Positions 7,725 through 18,343 are shown, counted from the stretch's first letter. The stretch is 64,000 bases of DNA from Rickettsiales bacterium (GCA_031283185.1 JAITCH010000010.1:63237-127236), one strand, 5' to 3'. Translations and numbers: made by a program. The notes: a model not told the origin generated them from the letters alone.

Positions 7725-8795
7725 ATGGCATTTGCCGTCCAAAATACTTTTTCAATAGATGCGTTCGGGGGGGATAATGCCCCCCGGGCGGTTCTTGGGG
7801 GATTGAATCAATTCCTGTTTGCCGAACCTGAGTTGTCGGAGAAAATTCGTTTTCGTATTTTCGGCGACCGAGATAGGATTGGCGCATTGATGTCCCGTTA
7901 TCCGCGCGTTATGGCCAAATGTGATATTGTTCACGCGCCGGATATTGTGAATAATAATGATAAAGTCCGCGATGCCGTTAGGAAAGTTGATAGCAGTATG
8001 TTTGCGGCGATCAAGGATGTGCGTGATGGAAATTCTTGCGGGATAATATCTGCGGGGAATACGGGCGCATTGATGGCGTTAAGCAAATTGGCGTTGAAAA
8101 CCGTCGAGGGGATTTCGCGGCCCGCGATAACGACTATGCTGCCATCTGGCACTGGAAATACGCGGGTGGTTATGTTGGATTTGGGTGCGAATGCGGAATG
8201 CGATGAAGAAAATTTGGTGGATTTTGCTGTGCTGGGATCGGCTTATTCCAAGACATTGGGCGGCGCGAGCAGACCGAGAGTCGGGCTGTTGAACATCGGG
8301 GAAGAAGATCAAAAGGGCGATGAAACGCTGCGGAATGTTAACGAGGCGTTCAAGAATAATATAGATAGCCTTCCGTTTGAGTATGTGGGTTTCGTAGAGG
8401 GTAATGATATTTCCAGTGGCGAAATTGATGTGGTTGTTACGGATGGATTTACTGGGAATGTGGTGTTGAAAACGATAGAGGGGACGGCGCGGCTGATGAA
8501 GCGGGTTATGAAGGAAACTTTTGCAAAGTCTATTCTTGCGATATGCGTTTCGTTCGCGTTGCTTCATGTGTTCAAGAGGTTAAAGTCGAAAATCGATCCG
8601 CGTAATTATGCGGGCGCGGCGTTTATAGGGCTGAATGGCTTTGTGGTAAAGACGCATGGAAATTCAGATGCGCTGGCATTTGCGAATGCGGTAAAATATG
8701 CGGTGCAGATGTCTCGCGCGGATTATAATGCGGAAATTAGAAGGGATGTTGCATTGATGGGCAAGGTTAAAGAGGGTTTAAGAAATGGCAGGTAG
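7725..8795 (+). CDS. plsX: phosphate acyltransferase PlsX
   Basis: FGGDNAP...GNTGALMA motifs and the rpmF-plsX-fabH synteny. Confidence 0.9.
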   Translation: MAFAVQNTFSIDAFGGDNAPRAVLGGLNQFLFAEPELSEKIRFRIFGDRDRIGALMSRYPRVMAKCDIVHAPDIVNNNDKVRDAVRKVDSSMFAAIKDVRDGNSCGIISAGNTGALMALSKLALKTVEGISRPAITTMLPSGTGNTRVVMLDLGANAECDEENLVDFAVLGSAYSKTLGGASRPRVGLLNIGEEDQKGDETLRNVNEAFKNNIDSLPFEYVGFVEGNDISSGEIDVVVTDGFTGNVVLKTIEGTARLMKRVMKETFAKSILAICVSFALLHVFKRLKSKIDPRNYAGAAFIGLNGFVVKTHGNSDALAFANAVKYAVQMSRADYNAEIRRDVALMGKVKEGLRNGR

Positions 8796-9720
8796 AATTA
8801 CTGGACTTGGATATTATGCTCCGGCGAAGATTGTGAGTAATGACGATTTGGCGAAGACATTGGATACTTCGGACGAATGGATTTCTTCGCGCACGGGGAT
8901 TCGGCAGCGGCATATTGCAGCGGAAGGCGAAAGCGTTGCGGATATGGCGGTTGTGGCGTCAAGGCGTGCTTTGGCGCAGGCGGGATTGCAGCCGAATGAT
9001 ATAGATTGCGTTATATTGGCGACTATTTCCAACGGGCGCGAATTTCCGTCCGAGGCGAATTATTTAACGGCTTTGTTGGGGATGACGAACAAGGCTCCGG
9101 CATTTGATGTCAAGGCGGCTTGCACTGGGTTTGTGTATGCTTTGCACCAGGCGCGGGCATTTTTGGATGCGAAAATGCACAAACGGATTTTGTTGGTGGG
9201 CAGCGAGAAGATGAGTGATTTGGTGGATTGGACGGATCGGAATACTGCGGTTCTGTTTGGCGATGGTGCAGGCGCGATGGTGTTAGAGGCGTCCGATGAC
9301 GATTCGACGGGAATTATTGATACGAAAATTTATTCGGATGGTTCAAAGGCGGATTTGTTGTATTCAACGCCTTCGGCGATTCATATGGATGGCAAGGAAG
9401 TTTATAAAAATGCCGTGACGGATATGCCAAGTGCGGGCAAAGCGATTTTGGACGATATGGGTCTGACCGAGGCGGATATTGATTGGTTATTGCCGCATCA
9501 GGCGAATTTACGGATTATACAAAGTGCTGCGGACAAGGTTGGTTTTCCTATGGACAAGGTAATTGTTAATGTGGATCAGTTTGCGAATACTAGCGGGGCG
9601 AGCGGGATTATTGCGCTGGCGCACGCGGCAGAGCAGGGGCAGGTAAAAAAGGGTCAGAAAGTGCTTTATACGGCATTTGGTGCGGGCTTGACTTGGGGAG
9701 CCGCCCTTATTAAAATGTAA
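8785..9720 (+). CDS. fabH: 3-oxoacyl-ACP synthase III
   Basis: Active-site Cys context AACTGFVYAL and the motifs HQANLRI and NTSGAS. Confidence 0.9.
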   Translation: MAGRITGLGYYAPAKIVSNDDLAKTLDTSDEWISSRTGIRQRHIAAEGESVADMAVVASRRALAQAGLQPNDIDCVILATISNGREFPSEANYLTALLGMTNKAPAFDVKAACTGFVYALHQARAFLDAKMHKRILLVGSEKMSDLVDWTDRNTAVLFGDGAGAMVLEASDDDSTGIIDTKIYSDGSKADLLYSTPSAIHMDGKEVYKNAVTDMPSAGKAILDDMGLTEADIDWLLPHQANLRIIQSAADKVGFPMDKVIVNVDQFANTSGASGIIALAHAAEQGQVKKGQKVLYTAFGAGLTWGAALIKM

Positions 9721-9742
9721 ATGCAATGAAAGAGGTATCATC

Positions 9743-10033
9743 ATGACAGAAAAAAGCATAACCCGGTCGGATTTTGCGGAAATTATACATAGTATGGTTG
9801 GTCTGTCCAAGGCCGAGGGCTATGCGATGACTGACTTGATATTTCAAGAGATTGCGGATAGTTTGGTTCGTGGCGAGGAAGTAAAAATAAGCGGCTTTGG
9901 AACATTCAAGATATTGAATAAGAGAGAGCGTATGGGTCGGAATCCTAAGACTGGCGCGCCTGCGGTAATATCTGCGCGGCGCACTGTTACATTCCACCCG
10001 TCTGCGAAATTAAAAAAGAAAGCCAATCAATAA
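9743..10033 (+). CDS. ihfA: integration host factor alpha
   Basis: ISGFGTFK...RNPKTG; the position after fabH is the typical alphaproteobacterial order. Confidence 0.85.
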   Translation: MTEKSITRSDFAEIIHSMVGLSKAEGYAMTDLIFQEIADSLVRGEEVKISGFGTFKILNKRERMGRNPKTGAPAVISARRTVTFHPSAKLKKKANQ

Positions 10034-10078
10034 GAGAGCAAGGCCGCGCCATAGCGCGGAGCGCGTAGGCGGGAGAGG

Positions 10079-10453
10079 ATGTCAACAGAACAATCATATT
10101 TTTTACCGATTTCGGATGTATCGAAAAAGATGGGGCTTCCATCGCATGTATTGCGTTTTTGGGAAAAGCAATTTCCGAATTTTGTTAAACCGACGACTGG
10201 CGCGGGCGGGCGGCGTTATTATAGAACTACGGATATAGAAAATTTGGAACGGATAAAGGATTTGCTTTATCGGCAGGGCTATACTATACGCGGTGTGAAG
10301 AAATTGTTGGCATCTGGTGGGGGTGCGATGGTTGGGGCTGCGGCCGGCGGGGCAGAGCCTGCGCCAAGGTCAATTGTTGACGGCGGAGTTTCAGAGCAGG
10401 TTGTAGAGTTATTGTTATCTGCGCGCCTTGCCCTCAAAACCGCAAATGAATAA
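10079..10453 (+). CDS. MerR-family transcriptional regulator
   Basis: ISDVSKKMGLPSHVLRFWEKQF is a MerR-type HTH. A regulator downstream of ihfA is the alphaproteobacterial arrangement. Confidence 0.8.
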   Translation: MSTEQSYFLPISDVSKKMGLPSHVLRFWEKQFPNFVKPTTGAGGRRYYRTTDIENLERIKDLLYRQGYTIRGVKKLLASGGGAMVGAAAGGAEPAPRSIVDGGVSEQVVELLLSARLALKTANE

Positions 10454-10461
10454 AAAATAAG

Positions 10462-10504
10462 ATTCCCCTCCAAGGTGGAGGGGTGCCCGAAGGGCGGGGT
10501 GGTT
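10462..10504. repeat. terminal half-copy of the composite repeat (AATTCCCCTCCAAGGTGGAGGGGTG + GC hairpin + GGGGTGGTT)
   Basis: Matches the ends of the copies at 5123-5249 and 35317-35454. Confidence 0.75.
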
Positions 10505-10529
10505 GAGTTTTGTAGAGAGAGAAAAACTC

Positions 10530-12395
10530 GTGAATATATTTCTAATTCTTATCGCATTCCTGCTTATGGCGGGATATTATTATATGGACTCGCCGTCATT
10601 GCGTGGCGCGGCGAAATCGTCAGAGGAAATTTTAGAAACTTCGGATGCGGCGGCGGCGGTTGCTTGTCTTGTGGCAGAGCATAATGCGGAATTAGAGGGG
10701 CTGGACGAAGGCGCGACCCGCCGCGCGAAAAATCCCTGTGCGGACAAGTTTAAGATAACATCGGCATCAGCGTGTTTTAATGATGGCGAGGTTTCGCGGT
10801 CTTGCCGTGCGGACGCGAATAATCCCGGATCAATGCAGCGGTTTGTCATATCCCGGTCGGAATGGGCTGGTTCGGAAATGTCCGGCAGCATAATGGAAAC
10901 ATTGCGGAAGAAATATAAAAATACATCCGGGCTGGGGATTGTTATGGCATCGGTTTCGGATGGCGATGAAGATGCTGGTATGACGATAATGTCGGCGGGT
11001 CGGAAACCCGTTGCGATTGATCCCGAACTTGTTCGGCTGGCAAAGTTGCAGGCCGGGGACTTGGCGTATATCTCGCATCATTCCGGGGATGAATTAGAGG
11101 CGCGTAATATAAAGAAGGAGGCCGAAACGATTTCTTGCGCCAAGGGCGAGGTCAAGGTTTTCCGCTTTCGTAATTGGCGGTGCGAGCAGCCGACCCCTGT
11201 AAAGGTTTGTCAGGGCGATACGGTTTATGACAGGGATTTGGATGAATGCGTAGATAATGTTGCGAATACGATAGTGTGCGGCGGGTCAGAGACGGCGGTG
11301 GTTATTGACGGGGTGTGGACTTGCCAGCCGCCCAAGGTTGCAAAGGAATGCCCAACTGGCAAAACGGCAAGTTTTGATTATGACGCGCTTGAATGGGTGT
11401 GCGTGGGCAATCCGGCAGCCGGTGATTTCAAGAAATGCGCTGGCGCATCAAATGCTGGTGCGAATTGTAGCGATTGTGAAGCGGCGGTTCAAGATGATGA
11501 AAGTTGCGAAATTTCGTGTATTCCGAACGCGGCGAAACTGACTTGGAAAAGTTGTTATCCCGATGTGGGCGAATGTAATGGCGGTGATGGAACCAAGGCG
11601 TTTTATTTCGGCTTTCCAAATGATGCGAGTTATAATGCGAGGGCGATGCAGTTGGTGGCGGGGCTTGCGGCGGCGGGGATTCCGCGGACGGATATGCATT
11701 CTGCGAACAGGAAATTTAATTGTTTGGATTGCGCGCCGTTCAAAGTAAGCACGGAAAATATTTTTGCTCCTTATATAGCGTCTTGTGTTTTCGAAGGGAC
11801 GCATTCTTCGGTGTGCGGCGCGAATTCGGTTTTTGTGCCGTCCCCGGTGGTTGGGGAAAACGGGCGATGCGAGAGTTTAGAATTGCGACCTGAATTGGTT
11901 CCGCCTTGCCCGAATGGATATGCGCGGGCGACATTAAGCGCGGCGTGTAGTCCGAAATGGTGCGGCGGGGATAACGGATCGGCGGGGGTATATTGCAGCA
12001 CCAGTCGGCAACTTATGGTTCTTGCGCCCGAAGGCTGTGCATATTGTATAAATCCTCGACCGGGTCAGGTTCCGATTGCCAGCGGGGTGGAGATTGATAT
12101 AAATAAGAATGCTGGGAATAACGGATATGCGGGCGGGGTCAAGGTTAGTTGGAGCGGTGAATACGGCTATGAGATTCCAGTTATTCCGCCAGAGTTGTCT
12201 GGGTTTAATTTGCTTGGTGGACGGCGTTTTGCAGACGAGAATATATTTGACGGCGGGCGGGTTATAAATCTGATGGATGCGATTGTTTGGGGCGACAAGA
12301 CGGGGATGCCTGTGCCGATGCCAGTTGCTGTTCCCCAAGGCAAGATTGAATGTGATATGACTGGCTCCCACTGCTCAGCCAATCAAAATCCATAG
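10530..12395 (+). CDS. large cysteine-rich protein with an N-terminal signal anchor (hypothetical; start uncertain, TTG 10503 or GTG 10530)
   Basis: A ~620-aa ORF with a hydrophobic N-terminus (VNIFLILIAFLLMAGYYY) and more than 40 Cys. No domain is recognised. Confidence 0.5.
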   Translation: MNIFLILIAFLLMAGYYYMDSPSLRGAAKSSEEILETSDAAAAVACLVAEHNAELEGLDEGATRRAKNPCADKFKITSASACFNDGEVSRSCRADANNPGSMQRFVISRSEWAGSEMSGSIMETLRKKYKNTSGLGIVMASVSDGDEDAGMTIMSAGRKPVAIDPELVRLAKLQAGDLAYISHHSGDELEARNIKKEAETISCAKGEVKVFRFRNWRCEQPTPVKVCQGDTVYDRDLDECVDNVANTIVCGGSETAVVIDGVWTCQPPKVAKECPTGKTASFDYDALEWVCVGNPAAGDFKKCAGASNAGANCSDCEAAVQDDESCEISCIPNAAKLTWKSCYPDVGECNGGDGTKAFYFGFPNDASYNARAMQLVAGLAAAGIPRTDMHSANRKFNCLDCAPFKVSTENIFAPYIASCVFEGTHSSVCGANSVFVPSPVVGENGRCESLELRPELVPPCPNGYARATLSAACSPKWCGGDNGSAGVYCSTSRQLMVLAPEGCAYCINPRPGQVPIASGVEIDINKNAGNNGYAGGVKVSWSGEYGYEIPVIPPELSGFNLLGGRRFADENIFDGGRVINLMDAIVWGDKTGMPVPMPVAVPQGKIECDMTGSHCSANQNP

Positions 12396-12422
12396 GGGTA
12401 GGGCGCGGGTAATTTCCCAACA

Positions 12423-13310
12423 CTAAACCCTTGAAAACTTGCTGCGAAGTTTGTGGCGCAAACTTTTACTTGGAATCGGCATTACAAATATATAAAGAAA
12501 GAAGTTGTATATTGCGTTCGCCAGAAATGTTTTATAAAATGGCGACATTTTCGCATATTTCCACCATATGCCTGACATTCTGGTCGGAAAAAACCAAGGC
12601 TTTTTCCCGGTGTAGTGGATAATACCGATTTCCTTGCCGCGTGCGCGGTCGCAGTGTATGCGAAAGTTGTATGTCGTATCGCCGTCATTGCACATTGCAA
12701 GTTTGCCTTTGAATGCGACACTCATAAGGCCTTGTTCGTATGACAGGTCTTTGTTTTTTAAGATTTCTGCAAATGATTCATAAACTTTGGATTCGCGGAT
12801 TAATTTCAGATTCAGTGCGACTACCCCTGCATTAAATTCGCAAATATCTTTATATGCGGATCGTCTTGCGGACAAATGAAATGCGTTGCCGACTGCAAAC
12901 GCTGCCATATAATTATCACCTAAATCTATATCCGCAAGTTCGTCCAATGGCTTCAATATGATTGTATCATCGTCCAAATGAATAACCCTGTCAATGTTGG
13001 GCAGCAAGCGGTATGAATCCATTTTGTAATAACAGATGCCGCCGCCAAAGGCCATATTTTTATTATAAGGTATGGATGCGTTTTTTTCATCAAAATCAAC
13101 GAACTCAATGGAAGACTCGGCATCTATTCCGGCTACAATTTCTGTCATTTGTTTTTGTGCATCTAAATTTCTGAAAAAATCCGCATTAACTATGCAATGA
13201 ATTGCATAATGTGAATCGCCCTTATTTTTCAATAGCGATATTATGGATACCAAGGTGGTTTTCCACCGCGTATTATCAAAAGTATAAGAGACATCAATAG
13301 TTTTTTTCAT
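12423..13310 (-). CDS. glycosyltransferase family 8 (LPS/LOS glycosyltransferase-like)
   Basis: A DxD motif (HLDDDTI) and the GT8 C-terminal motif IIHYTGKKPW. Confidence 0.8.
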   Translation of the reverse strand: MKKTIDVSYTFDNTRWKTTLVSIISLLKNKGDSHYAIHCIVNADFFRNLDAQKQMTEIVAGIDAESSIEFVDFDEKNASIPYNKNMAFGGGICYYKMDSYRLLPNIDRVIHLDDDTIILKPLDELADIDLGDNYMAAFAVGNAFHLSARRSAYKDICEFNAGVVALNLKLIRESKVYESFAEILKNKDLSYEQGLMSVAFKGKLAMCNDGDTTYNFRIHCDRARGKEIGIIHYTGKKPWFFPTRMSGIWWKYAKMSPFYKTFLANAIYNFFLYIFVMPIPSKSLRHKLRSKFSRV

Positions 13311-13421
13311 TGTCCGGGCATTATACTTTGTGTTCGGAATAAATCAATTGATTTTTTGACAAAGGGGGGTATAATTGTATTGTTCGGAGGGGGAACACAA
13401 CAGAAACCAAAGGGTTCTCGT

Positions 13422-14396
13422 ATGAACAATTTTCCATCATCCTTAGGCGCGCATTGCCGTGGCAAAGTCCGCGATACATTTAAAATTGAACGCGACAAGA
13501 TGCTGATTATCACCAGCGATCGCATTTCTGCATTTGATATTGTCTTGAATCCGGGCATTCCTGGCAAGGGAATTGTCTTGATGCAGATTTCCAATTTCTG
13601 GATGCAGCTGATGAATTTTCCGAATCATTTGATTGATACGGATATTGATTCTTTGGCAAAGGTTTATCCAGACCTTGCACAGTATAAAGAATATCTTCGT
13701 AATCGGATTGCGCTTGTGAAAAGGTTGGATATGCTTCCTGTTGAAGTTATTGTGCGCGGGTATCTGACAGGCTCGGCATTGAATGAATATAATGTCGAAA
13801 CGGGAATGTTGTTTGGACTTGATCATTATGTGGGCAAGAATCTGATCCCGCAAAGCAAATTGCCCGCACCGATTTATACGCCGACCACCAAGGCGGAACA
13901 GGGTCAGCACGACCAGCCTTTGTCGCGTTGTGATGCGGCGGATATTTGTGGGGCGTATGGGTTTTCTTCGGAAATATCTTATGAAGTAGAGGATGCGGCG
14001 ATTGATATGTTTGCATCCGCAAGCAATTATATGTTAAAGAATGGTTTGATTCTGGCGGACACCAAATATGAATTTGGAACGGATGAAAATGGCGTGTTGG
14101 TTTTGGGCGACGAAATTTTAACGCCGGATTCTTCGCGGTTTTGGGAATCGGACGATTATGAACGGGCGATACAGAATAATACTGCGCCGAAATCGTATGA
14201 TAAACAGCCTGTGCGCGATTACTTGACCGCGGAAAAAAAGGCTGGGCGTTGGGACGGAAAATCTCAGCCGACTTTGCCGGACGAAGTTGTGTCCGAAACC
14301 CGGTCGCGTTATATTGAAGCATATTTGAAAATTGCGGGCGAAGACTTTAATCCGTCAGCGACAATGCAGTTGTTAATGGGCGGGCGCGGTCGTTAA
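13422..14396 (+). CDS. purC: phosphoribosylaminoimidazole-succinocarboxamide synthase (SAICAR synthetase, long form)
   Basis: Starts KVRDTF...LIITSDRISAFD..., which is PurC-like. The start is chosen at the internal Met with an AAAGGG RBS. Confidence 0.85.
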   Translation: MNNFPSSLGAHCRGKVRDTFKIERDKMLIITSDRISAFDIVLNPGIPGKGIVLMQISNFWMQLMNFPNHLIDTDIDSLAKVYPDLAQYKEYLRNRIALVKRLDMLPVEVIVRGYLTGSALNEYNVETGMLFGLDHYVGKNLIPQSKLPAPIYTPTTKAEQGQHDQPLSRCDAADICGAYGFSSEISYEVEDAAIDMFASASNYMLKNGLILADTKYEFGTDENGVLVLGDEILTPDSSRFWESDDYERAIQNNTAPKSYDKQPVRDYLTAEKKAGRWDGKSQPTLPDEVVSETRSRYIEAYLKIAGEDFNPSATMQLLMGGRGR

Positions 14397-16231
14397 GCAG
14401 CGTCTGGTCGCCGCGCTTTTTTCCGCATATTTGGATCCAGGTCTTTTTTACGCAGGCGGATTATGTCCGGCGTTACCTCTACCAGTTCATCGTCTTGAAT
14501 ATATGATAATGCTTCTTCCAAAATAATTTTGCGTGGCGGTGCAAGGAATAGTTTTTCATCAGCCGTAACCGACCGCATATTGGTCAGTTCCTTGCCCTTG
14601 ACGGGGTTGACTTCCAGGTCGTTTTCTTTCGCGTGTTCACCGATAATCATTCCGTTATAAACCTGTGTGCCGTGTCCGATAAACAGAACTCCGCGCGGCT
14701 CTAAATTGTGAAGCGCGTATGTAACAGCCGTGCCGTTTTCCATTGAAACCAAGACGCCCGGGCGATAACTATCAATCGGCCCACGATAAGCATCAAAGCC
14801 CGAAAAGATTCGGTTCATAACGCCGGTGCCACGCGTGTCCGTGCGGAATTCTGATAAATATCCAATCATTCCGCGGCTGGGCGCAGAGAAGACGAGGCGG
14901 GTTTTTCCAACTCCGCTTGGTTTCATTTCGACCAGTGTTGCGCGCCGTTTGGAAAGTTTTTCTACGACCGCGCCGGAAAATTCATCATCAACATCAATGA
15001 CGATGTCTTCAATCGGTTCCAGCATATTTCCGTCTGCATCTTTTTGCATAATGACGCGCGGACGCGAAACGGATAATTCAAATCCTTCGCGCCGCATTGT
15101 TTCTATTAAAATGCCAAGTTGTAATTCGCCACGGCCGGAGACTTCAAAACTTTCATTGTTGGCGGATTGCGAAACGCGAAGGGCTATGTTGGTTTCTGCT
15201 TCCTTGAACAGCCGTTCGCCGATCATACGACTGGTCAGTTTTTTGCCGCCGGATTTTCCAGCCAGGGGCGAAGTGTTGACCGAGAAAGTCATTGATAATG
15301 TTGGCGGATCAATCGGCATTGCGGGGATTGGTTCTGAAACGCCGATGTCGCAAAGTGTGTCTGCCACCGTTGCCTTGGAAAATCCGGCGATGATGACTAT
15401 GTCGCCCGCGCTTGCGGATTCCAGGGATATTTTTTCTATTCCACGATGTTCAATTATTTTTGTAATTTTTGCGCGTTCAACGACTTCGCCTTTGGCGTTT
15501 ATTGCTTGCACTTGTTGGTTGACCTTGACCATTCCGGTTTCAATTCGGCCGGTTAGAATTCGCCCGACATACGGGTCGGCTTCCAGTGTGGTGGCCAGCA
15601 TTTTGAACGGGGCATTAGCATTGCATTGGTCTGCTCCGCGGCAGTCTGGCGCGGGCACATGGTCAACGATTAATTGGAATAGTGGTTCAAGTCCCTTGCG
15701 TTCATCATTCATATTGCGGACTGCCCAACCATCGCGTCCGACCGCATACATAAATGGAAAATCAAGTTGTGAATTTGTCGCGCCGAGTTTATCAAACAAA
15801 TCAAAAACTTCATTTAATACTTCATCCGGCCGAGCATCGCTTCTATCAACCTTATTTAGAATTACGATTGGATGCAGATTTAATTTTAATGCTTTGCCCA
15901 ACACAAATTTGGTTTGCGGCAGCGGACCTTCGGAAGAATCCACGAGCAGAACAACGCCGTCAACCATTGACAGGATTCGTTCAACTTCGCCGCCAAAGTC
16001 CGCGTGGCCTGGGGTGTCGATTATGTTGATTTTGTAGCCATTCCAAAGAATGGAAGTTGGCTTTGCGGAAATGGTTATACCGCGTTCGCGTTCCAAATCG
16101 CCGGAATCCATAACGCGTTCCGCGATTTTTTCATTCTCGCGGAATGTGCCTGCTTGGCGAAGCATATTGTCCACCAGTGTTGTTTTTCCATGATCGACAT
16201 GGGCGATAATTGCAATGTTTCTAATCTTCAT
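14393..16231 (-). CDS. typA: translational GTPase TypA/BipA
   Basis: G1 motif AHVDHGKTTL, DTPGHADF, and an EF-G-like domain architecture. Confidence 0.9.
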   Translation of the reverse strand: MKIRNIAIIAHVDHGKTTLVDNMLRQAGTFRENEKIAERVMDSGDLERERGITISAKPTSILWNGYKINIIDTPGHADFGGEVERILSMVDGVVLLVDSSEGPLPQTKFVLGKALKLNLHPIVILNKVDRSDARPDEVLNEVFDLFDKLGATNSQLDFPFMYAVGRDGWAVRNMNDERKGLEPLFQLIVDHVPAPDCRGADQCNANAPFKMLATTLEADPYVGRILTGRIETGMVKVNQQVQAINAKGEVVERAKITKIIEHRGIEKISLESASAGDIVIIAGFSKATVADTLCDIGVSEPIPAMPIDPPTLSMTFSVNTSPLAGKSGGKKLTSRMIGERLFKEAETNIALRVSQSANNESFEVSGRGELQLGILIETMRREGFELSVSRPRVIMQKDADGNMLEPIEDIVIDVDDEFSGAVVEKLSKRRATLVEMKPSGVGKTRLVFSAPSRGMIGYLSEFRTDTRGTGVMNRIFSGFDAYRGPIDSYRPGVLVSMENGTAVTYALHNLEPRGVLFIGHGTQVYNGMIIGEHAKENDLEVNPVKGKELTNMRSVTADEKLFLAPPRKIILEEALSYIQDDELVEVTPDIIRLRKKDLDPNMRKKARRPDAA

Positions 16232-16232
16232 T

Positions 16233-17510
16233 TTATTTTTTACCTATTGTTTTTCTTCCGTCCATAAGCGATTGTAATTTGACGGGAACATTTACGCTGC
16301 CGTCTTCGTTCTGATGATTTTCTATTACCGCGGCCAGCGACCGGGGCAATGCGATTGCGGTGTTATTAAGTGTCGCGCAGAAACGGACTTTGCCGGTTGC
16401 ATTTTCACGGAATCTGGTGTTGGTGCGCCGCGCTTGAAATTCGCCGATTGTGGAGCAACTGCCCAGTTCGCGGTATTTTTCTTGCGAAGGAAACCAAGCC
16501 TCCACATCGTCCATTTTGATTTTGTTGAAACCCATATCGCCGGTGCAGGTGGATAATATATGGTATGGCATTTCTAAATCTTCCATTATGCCGCCCAGGA
16601 ATCCCAAAAGTTCCGCGTGCATTTTTTCCGAATCTTCGGGCTTGCAGAAAATAAATTGTTCAACCTTGTGAAATTGATGTGCGCGCACCAGACCGCGAGT
16701 GTCTTTGCCCGCCGCGCCCGCTTCCTTGCGAAAGCAGGGTGAGTATCCTGCATATTTAATTGGAAGTTTATCTTCGGATAAAATTTCGCCGCGATGCATA
16801 GAGTTCAGAACGATTTCGGCAGTTCCGGCCAACGCCTTGTCCGGCGCGTTCAGATAAAATACATCATTGTCCATAATGGAAATATCTTTGCCCGGAAAAT
16901 GTCCCGCATCAAAAATCATTTGCGGTTTGACGATTGCGGGAACGGAGATATAAGTAAATCCCGCGGCGATCATTTTTTTAATTGCGTGCGTTTGAATTGC
17001 TAAATCCAGTTCTGCAATTTCGCCCATAAGGGTGTATGTGCGCGCGCCGGATATTTCGGAAATTTTTTCGCTTGCCCACCAGTTGTTCATATCCAGAATT
17101 TCCCAGTGCGGACGCGGGGTGAATGCGAATTTTTTTGGTGTGCCGATTGTGCGGACGACGACATTGCCGGAATCATCTTTGCCGATTGGCGAATTTGCAT
17201 CTGCAATCTGCGGAACGGATAAAAGTAGATTATTTAATTCTGATTCTGTGGCGTCTAATTCGGCTTGCAGCGAATTTATTTTCTCATTTAGATTTTTTGA
17301 TTCAGCGACCAGGGGTGCTTTGTCGGCGGCGGCAGCGACTTGACGGGAAAGTTCATTTTTGCGTGCGACCATATTTTCGGTTTCACATTTTAAGGCGCGA
17401 ACGCGTTCGTCCATTTTCAATATGGCATCAGTATCAACGCGATAGCCTTTGTTAATGGCATTTTGTTTTACCGAATCGGGATTGGTTCTGATTATGTTTA
17501 TATCTATCAT
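16233..17510 (-). CDS. serS: seryl-tRNA synthetase
   Basis: N-terminal coiled coil followed by class II motifs (FRKEAGAAGKDTRGLVRAHQF). Confidence 0.9.
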   Translation of the reverse strand: MIDINIIRTNPDSVKQNAINKGYRVDTDAILKMDERVRALKCETENMVARKNELSRQVAAAADKAPLVAESKNLNEKINSLQAELDATESELNNLLLSVPQIADANSPIGKDDSGNVVVRTIGTPKKFAFTPRPHWEILDMNNWWASEKISEISGARTYTLMGEIAELDLAIQTHAIKKMIAAGFTYISVPAIVKPQMIFDAGHFPGKDISIMDNDVFYLNAPDKALAGTAEIVLNSMHRGEILSEDKLPIKYAGYSPCFRKEAGAAGKDTRGLVRAHQFHKVEQFIFCKPEDSEKMHAELLGFLGGIMEDLEMPYHILSTCTGDMGFNKIKMDDVEAWFPSQEKYRELGSCSTIGEFQARRTNTRFRENATGKVRFCATLNNTAIALPRSLAAVIENHQNEDGSVNVPVKLQSLMDGRKTIGKK

Positions 17511-17663
17511 TAAGACCTCGTCATCCAGGCGAAGGCCGGGATATTTGTATGAATGTCTATTATACCCTCATTTTCCCAATTTTCAAGATTTTCTTGATTT
17601 ATTGTGCGTTTTAATATAAATTGTCTGCACGAAACCAAATAACTCCGTGGGGAGGTGATTTTA

Positions 17664-17870
17664 ATGGTCAAAGTTTTAGTGCGCGATAATAATGTAGAGC
17701 AGGCTCTGCGTGTGTCCAAGCGCAAGTCGCAAAAAGAAGGCCTGTTCCGCGAAATGCGCGAACGCGAAAGGTTCAAGAAACCGACTACGCGTAAGAAAGA
17801 AAAGCAGGGCGAAGCCGTGCGGCGCGAGAAAAAGCGTCAATCCAAGCAAAAAATGGTCTTTGGGTTTTAA
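17664..17870 (+). CDS. rpsU: 30S ribosomal protein S21
   Basis: [21 protein letters not shown]...[20 protein letters not shown] sits 8 nt upstream of the ATG at 17664. Confidence 0.85.
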   Translation: MVKVLVRDNNVEQALRVSKRKSQKEGLFREMRERERFKKPTTRKKEKQGEAVRREKKRQSKQKMVFGF

Positions 17871-17871
17871 T

Positions 17872-17901
17872 AAAAAATCCCCTCTAATAGAGGGGATTTT
17901 T
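17872..17901 (+). terminator. intrinsic terminator CCCCTCTAATAGAGGGG followed by a T-run
   Basis: Hairpin flanked by an A-run and a T-run, directly after rpsU. Confidence 0.7.
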
Positions 17902-17959
17902 CACTATTTGCACATCTGAATAAAATCTGATATAATTAATCCAACCAAAGGATAAGAAA

Positions 17960-18268
17960 ATGCAAATAATGAAAACAATAACATACTTGGCAGCCTTGTT
18001 AATGTTCGCGGGCTCAGCGCAGGCAGGAACGGGAACGGTTATTTCCACACAAAAGAATGTTTCATTTTCAATGAAACCTACATCCGCAGCAACTGCCCCC
18101 ACGCCTTCTGCTATACAACCTGCACCTGATAATGGTTCCGTAGCATCCGCGCCTGATAATTCTAAATCAACCACGAGCTCCACAACACCTACTACTTCTG
18201 GTGGTCCCATTAATGTAAAAGTTTCTATTGATGCGGCAGGAAATATAACAGGTTGTACTAAGATATAA
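17960..18268 (+). CDS. small secreted S/T/P-rich hypothetical protein
   Basis: Signal peptide MKTITYLAALLMFAGSAQA, an AAGGATAAGAAA-like RBS and a low-complexity body. Confidence 0.45.
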   Translation: MQIMKTITYLAALLMFAGSAQAGTGTVISTQKNVSFSMKPTSAATAPTPSAIQPAPDNGSVASAPDNSKSTTSSTTPTTSGGPINVKVSIDAAGNITGCTKI

Positions 18269-18289
18269 AATTTATATTTCTATAAAATT

Positions 18290-18330
18290 TAGCGGGAAGG
18301 GATCTCCGAATCCCTTCCCGAACATTTTAA
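18290..18330. terminator. bidirectional terminator hairpin GGGAAGGGATCTCCGAATCCCTTCCC between convergent genes
   Basis: A 10-bp stem located between the 17960..18268 (+) ORF and trpS (-). Confidence 0.55.
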
Positions 18331-18343
18331 CCCAACTTTTCAT

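Noticed and set aside
10461-10500. CCCCTCCAAGGTGGAGGGG hairpins at 10465, 43425, 44800 and 62985 as simple intrinsic terminators
   Set aside because: They lack a following T-run and are followed by a second GC hairpin plus GGGGTGGTT, matching the terminal module of the composite repeat. True terminators of similar sequence (24211, 17872, 60015, 37890) are followed by T-runs and are listed separately.
14826-16037. Long antisense ORFs inside well-supported genes (for example 14826..16037 within typA, 57632..58423 within comM, 61217..61735 within rpsB, 25069..25764 within dnaK, 5248..5841 and 5721..6179 within accDA)
   Set aside because: They lie opposite conserved protein genes, lack RBS or start context, and have low-complexity Ser/Ala/Arg-rich translations typical of spurious antisense ORFs.
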